Of a stretch of 15,061 nucleotides of DNA, positions 14,970 through 15,061 are shown piece by piece. The translations under genes were made by a program, and so were the position numbers. Numbering within the stretch: position 1 is the stretch's first letter; each line of letters begins with the position of its first letter. The notes under the pieces are model-generated. The model ran no database searches. It worked only from the letters and a program-made list of their open reading frames with translations, and was not told the DNA's origin. The stretch is from a virus, in the IMG/VR virus record IMGVR_UViG_3300021400_000072; one strand, written 5' to 3'.

Positions 14970-15053
14970 TCCTGGGAGAGGGAATCGAACCCACTCGGTG
15001 CCGAAGCCATGGGATTTACAGTCCCACCCGTCTCCTTAGCGGTCTACCCCAGG
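14970..15053 (-). tRNA. tRNA-Tyr (anticodon GTA), type II
   Basis: 84 nt; anticodon stem TGGGA/TCCCA, loop CTGTAAA; long variable arm; T-stem has one mismatch. Confidence 0.6.
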
Positions 15054-15061
15054 ATAAAAGT

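Noticed and set aside
10353-15053. Possibility that the regularly spaced 70-90-nt units are a CRISPR array
   Set aside because: The units are not identical direct repeats. Each folds as a distinct tRNA cloverleaf with a different anticodon, and only the T-loop motif is shared.

Overview
This 15 kb window looks like part of a large phage or prophage of a low-GC Firmicutes host. The evidence is strong AGGAGG-type ribosome-binding sites, tight gene packing and a phage-style tRNA array.

There are three blocks.

(1) 62-4803, + strand: a tail-fibre-like structural module. It has collagen-like G-X-Y repeat proteins, a protein with about 22 tandem NTFGxxCxx nonapeptide repeats, and two small paralogous genes. 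All genes here stop at TAA or TGA and contain no TAG.

(2) 4946-8400, + strand: seven tightly packed genes with good ribosome-binding sites. Each contains 1-7 in-frame TAG codons, 17 in total, but no in-frame TAA or TGA until its real stop. This is the signature of amber (TAG) stop-codon reassignment. The last gene encodes a holin-like membrane protein with 7 TAGs.

(3) 8517-15053, - strand: a 501-aa vWA/MIDAS protein whose N-terminus resembles the DUF2828 and TROVE (Ro60-like) families, then an array of at least 18 tRNA or tRNA-like genes interspersed with small ORFs. One well-formed tRNA (13940-14012) has anticodon 5'-CUA-3', i.e. it is an amber suppressor matching the in-frame TAGs. Several array members are degenerate or odd: one has an 8-nt anticodon loop, one has an acceptor stem that cannot pair, and one is a 3' fragment.

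No gene anywhere in the window uses TAG as its stop codon. Everything was worked out by eye from the sequence, so coordinates of RNA features may be off by 1-2 nt.
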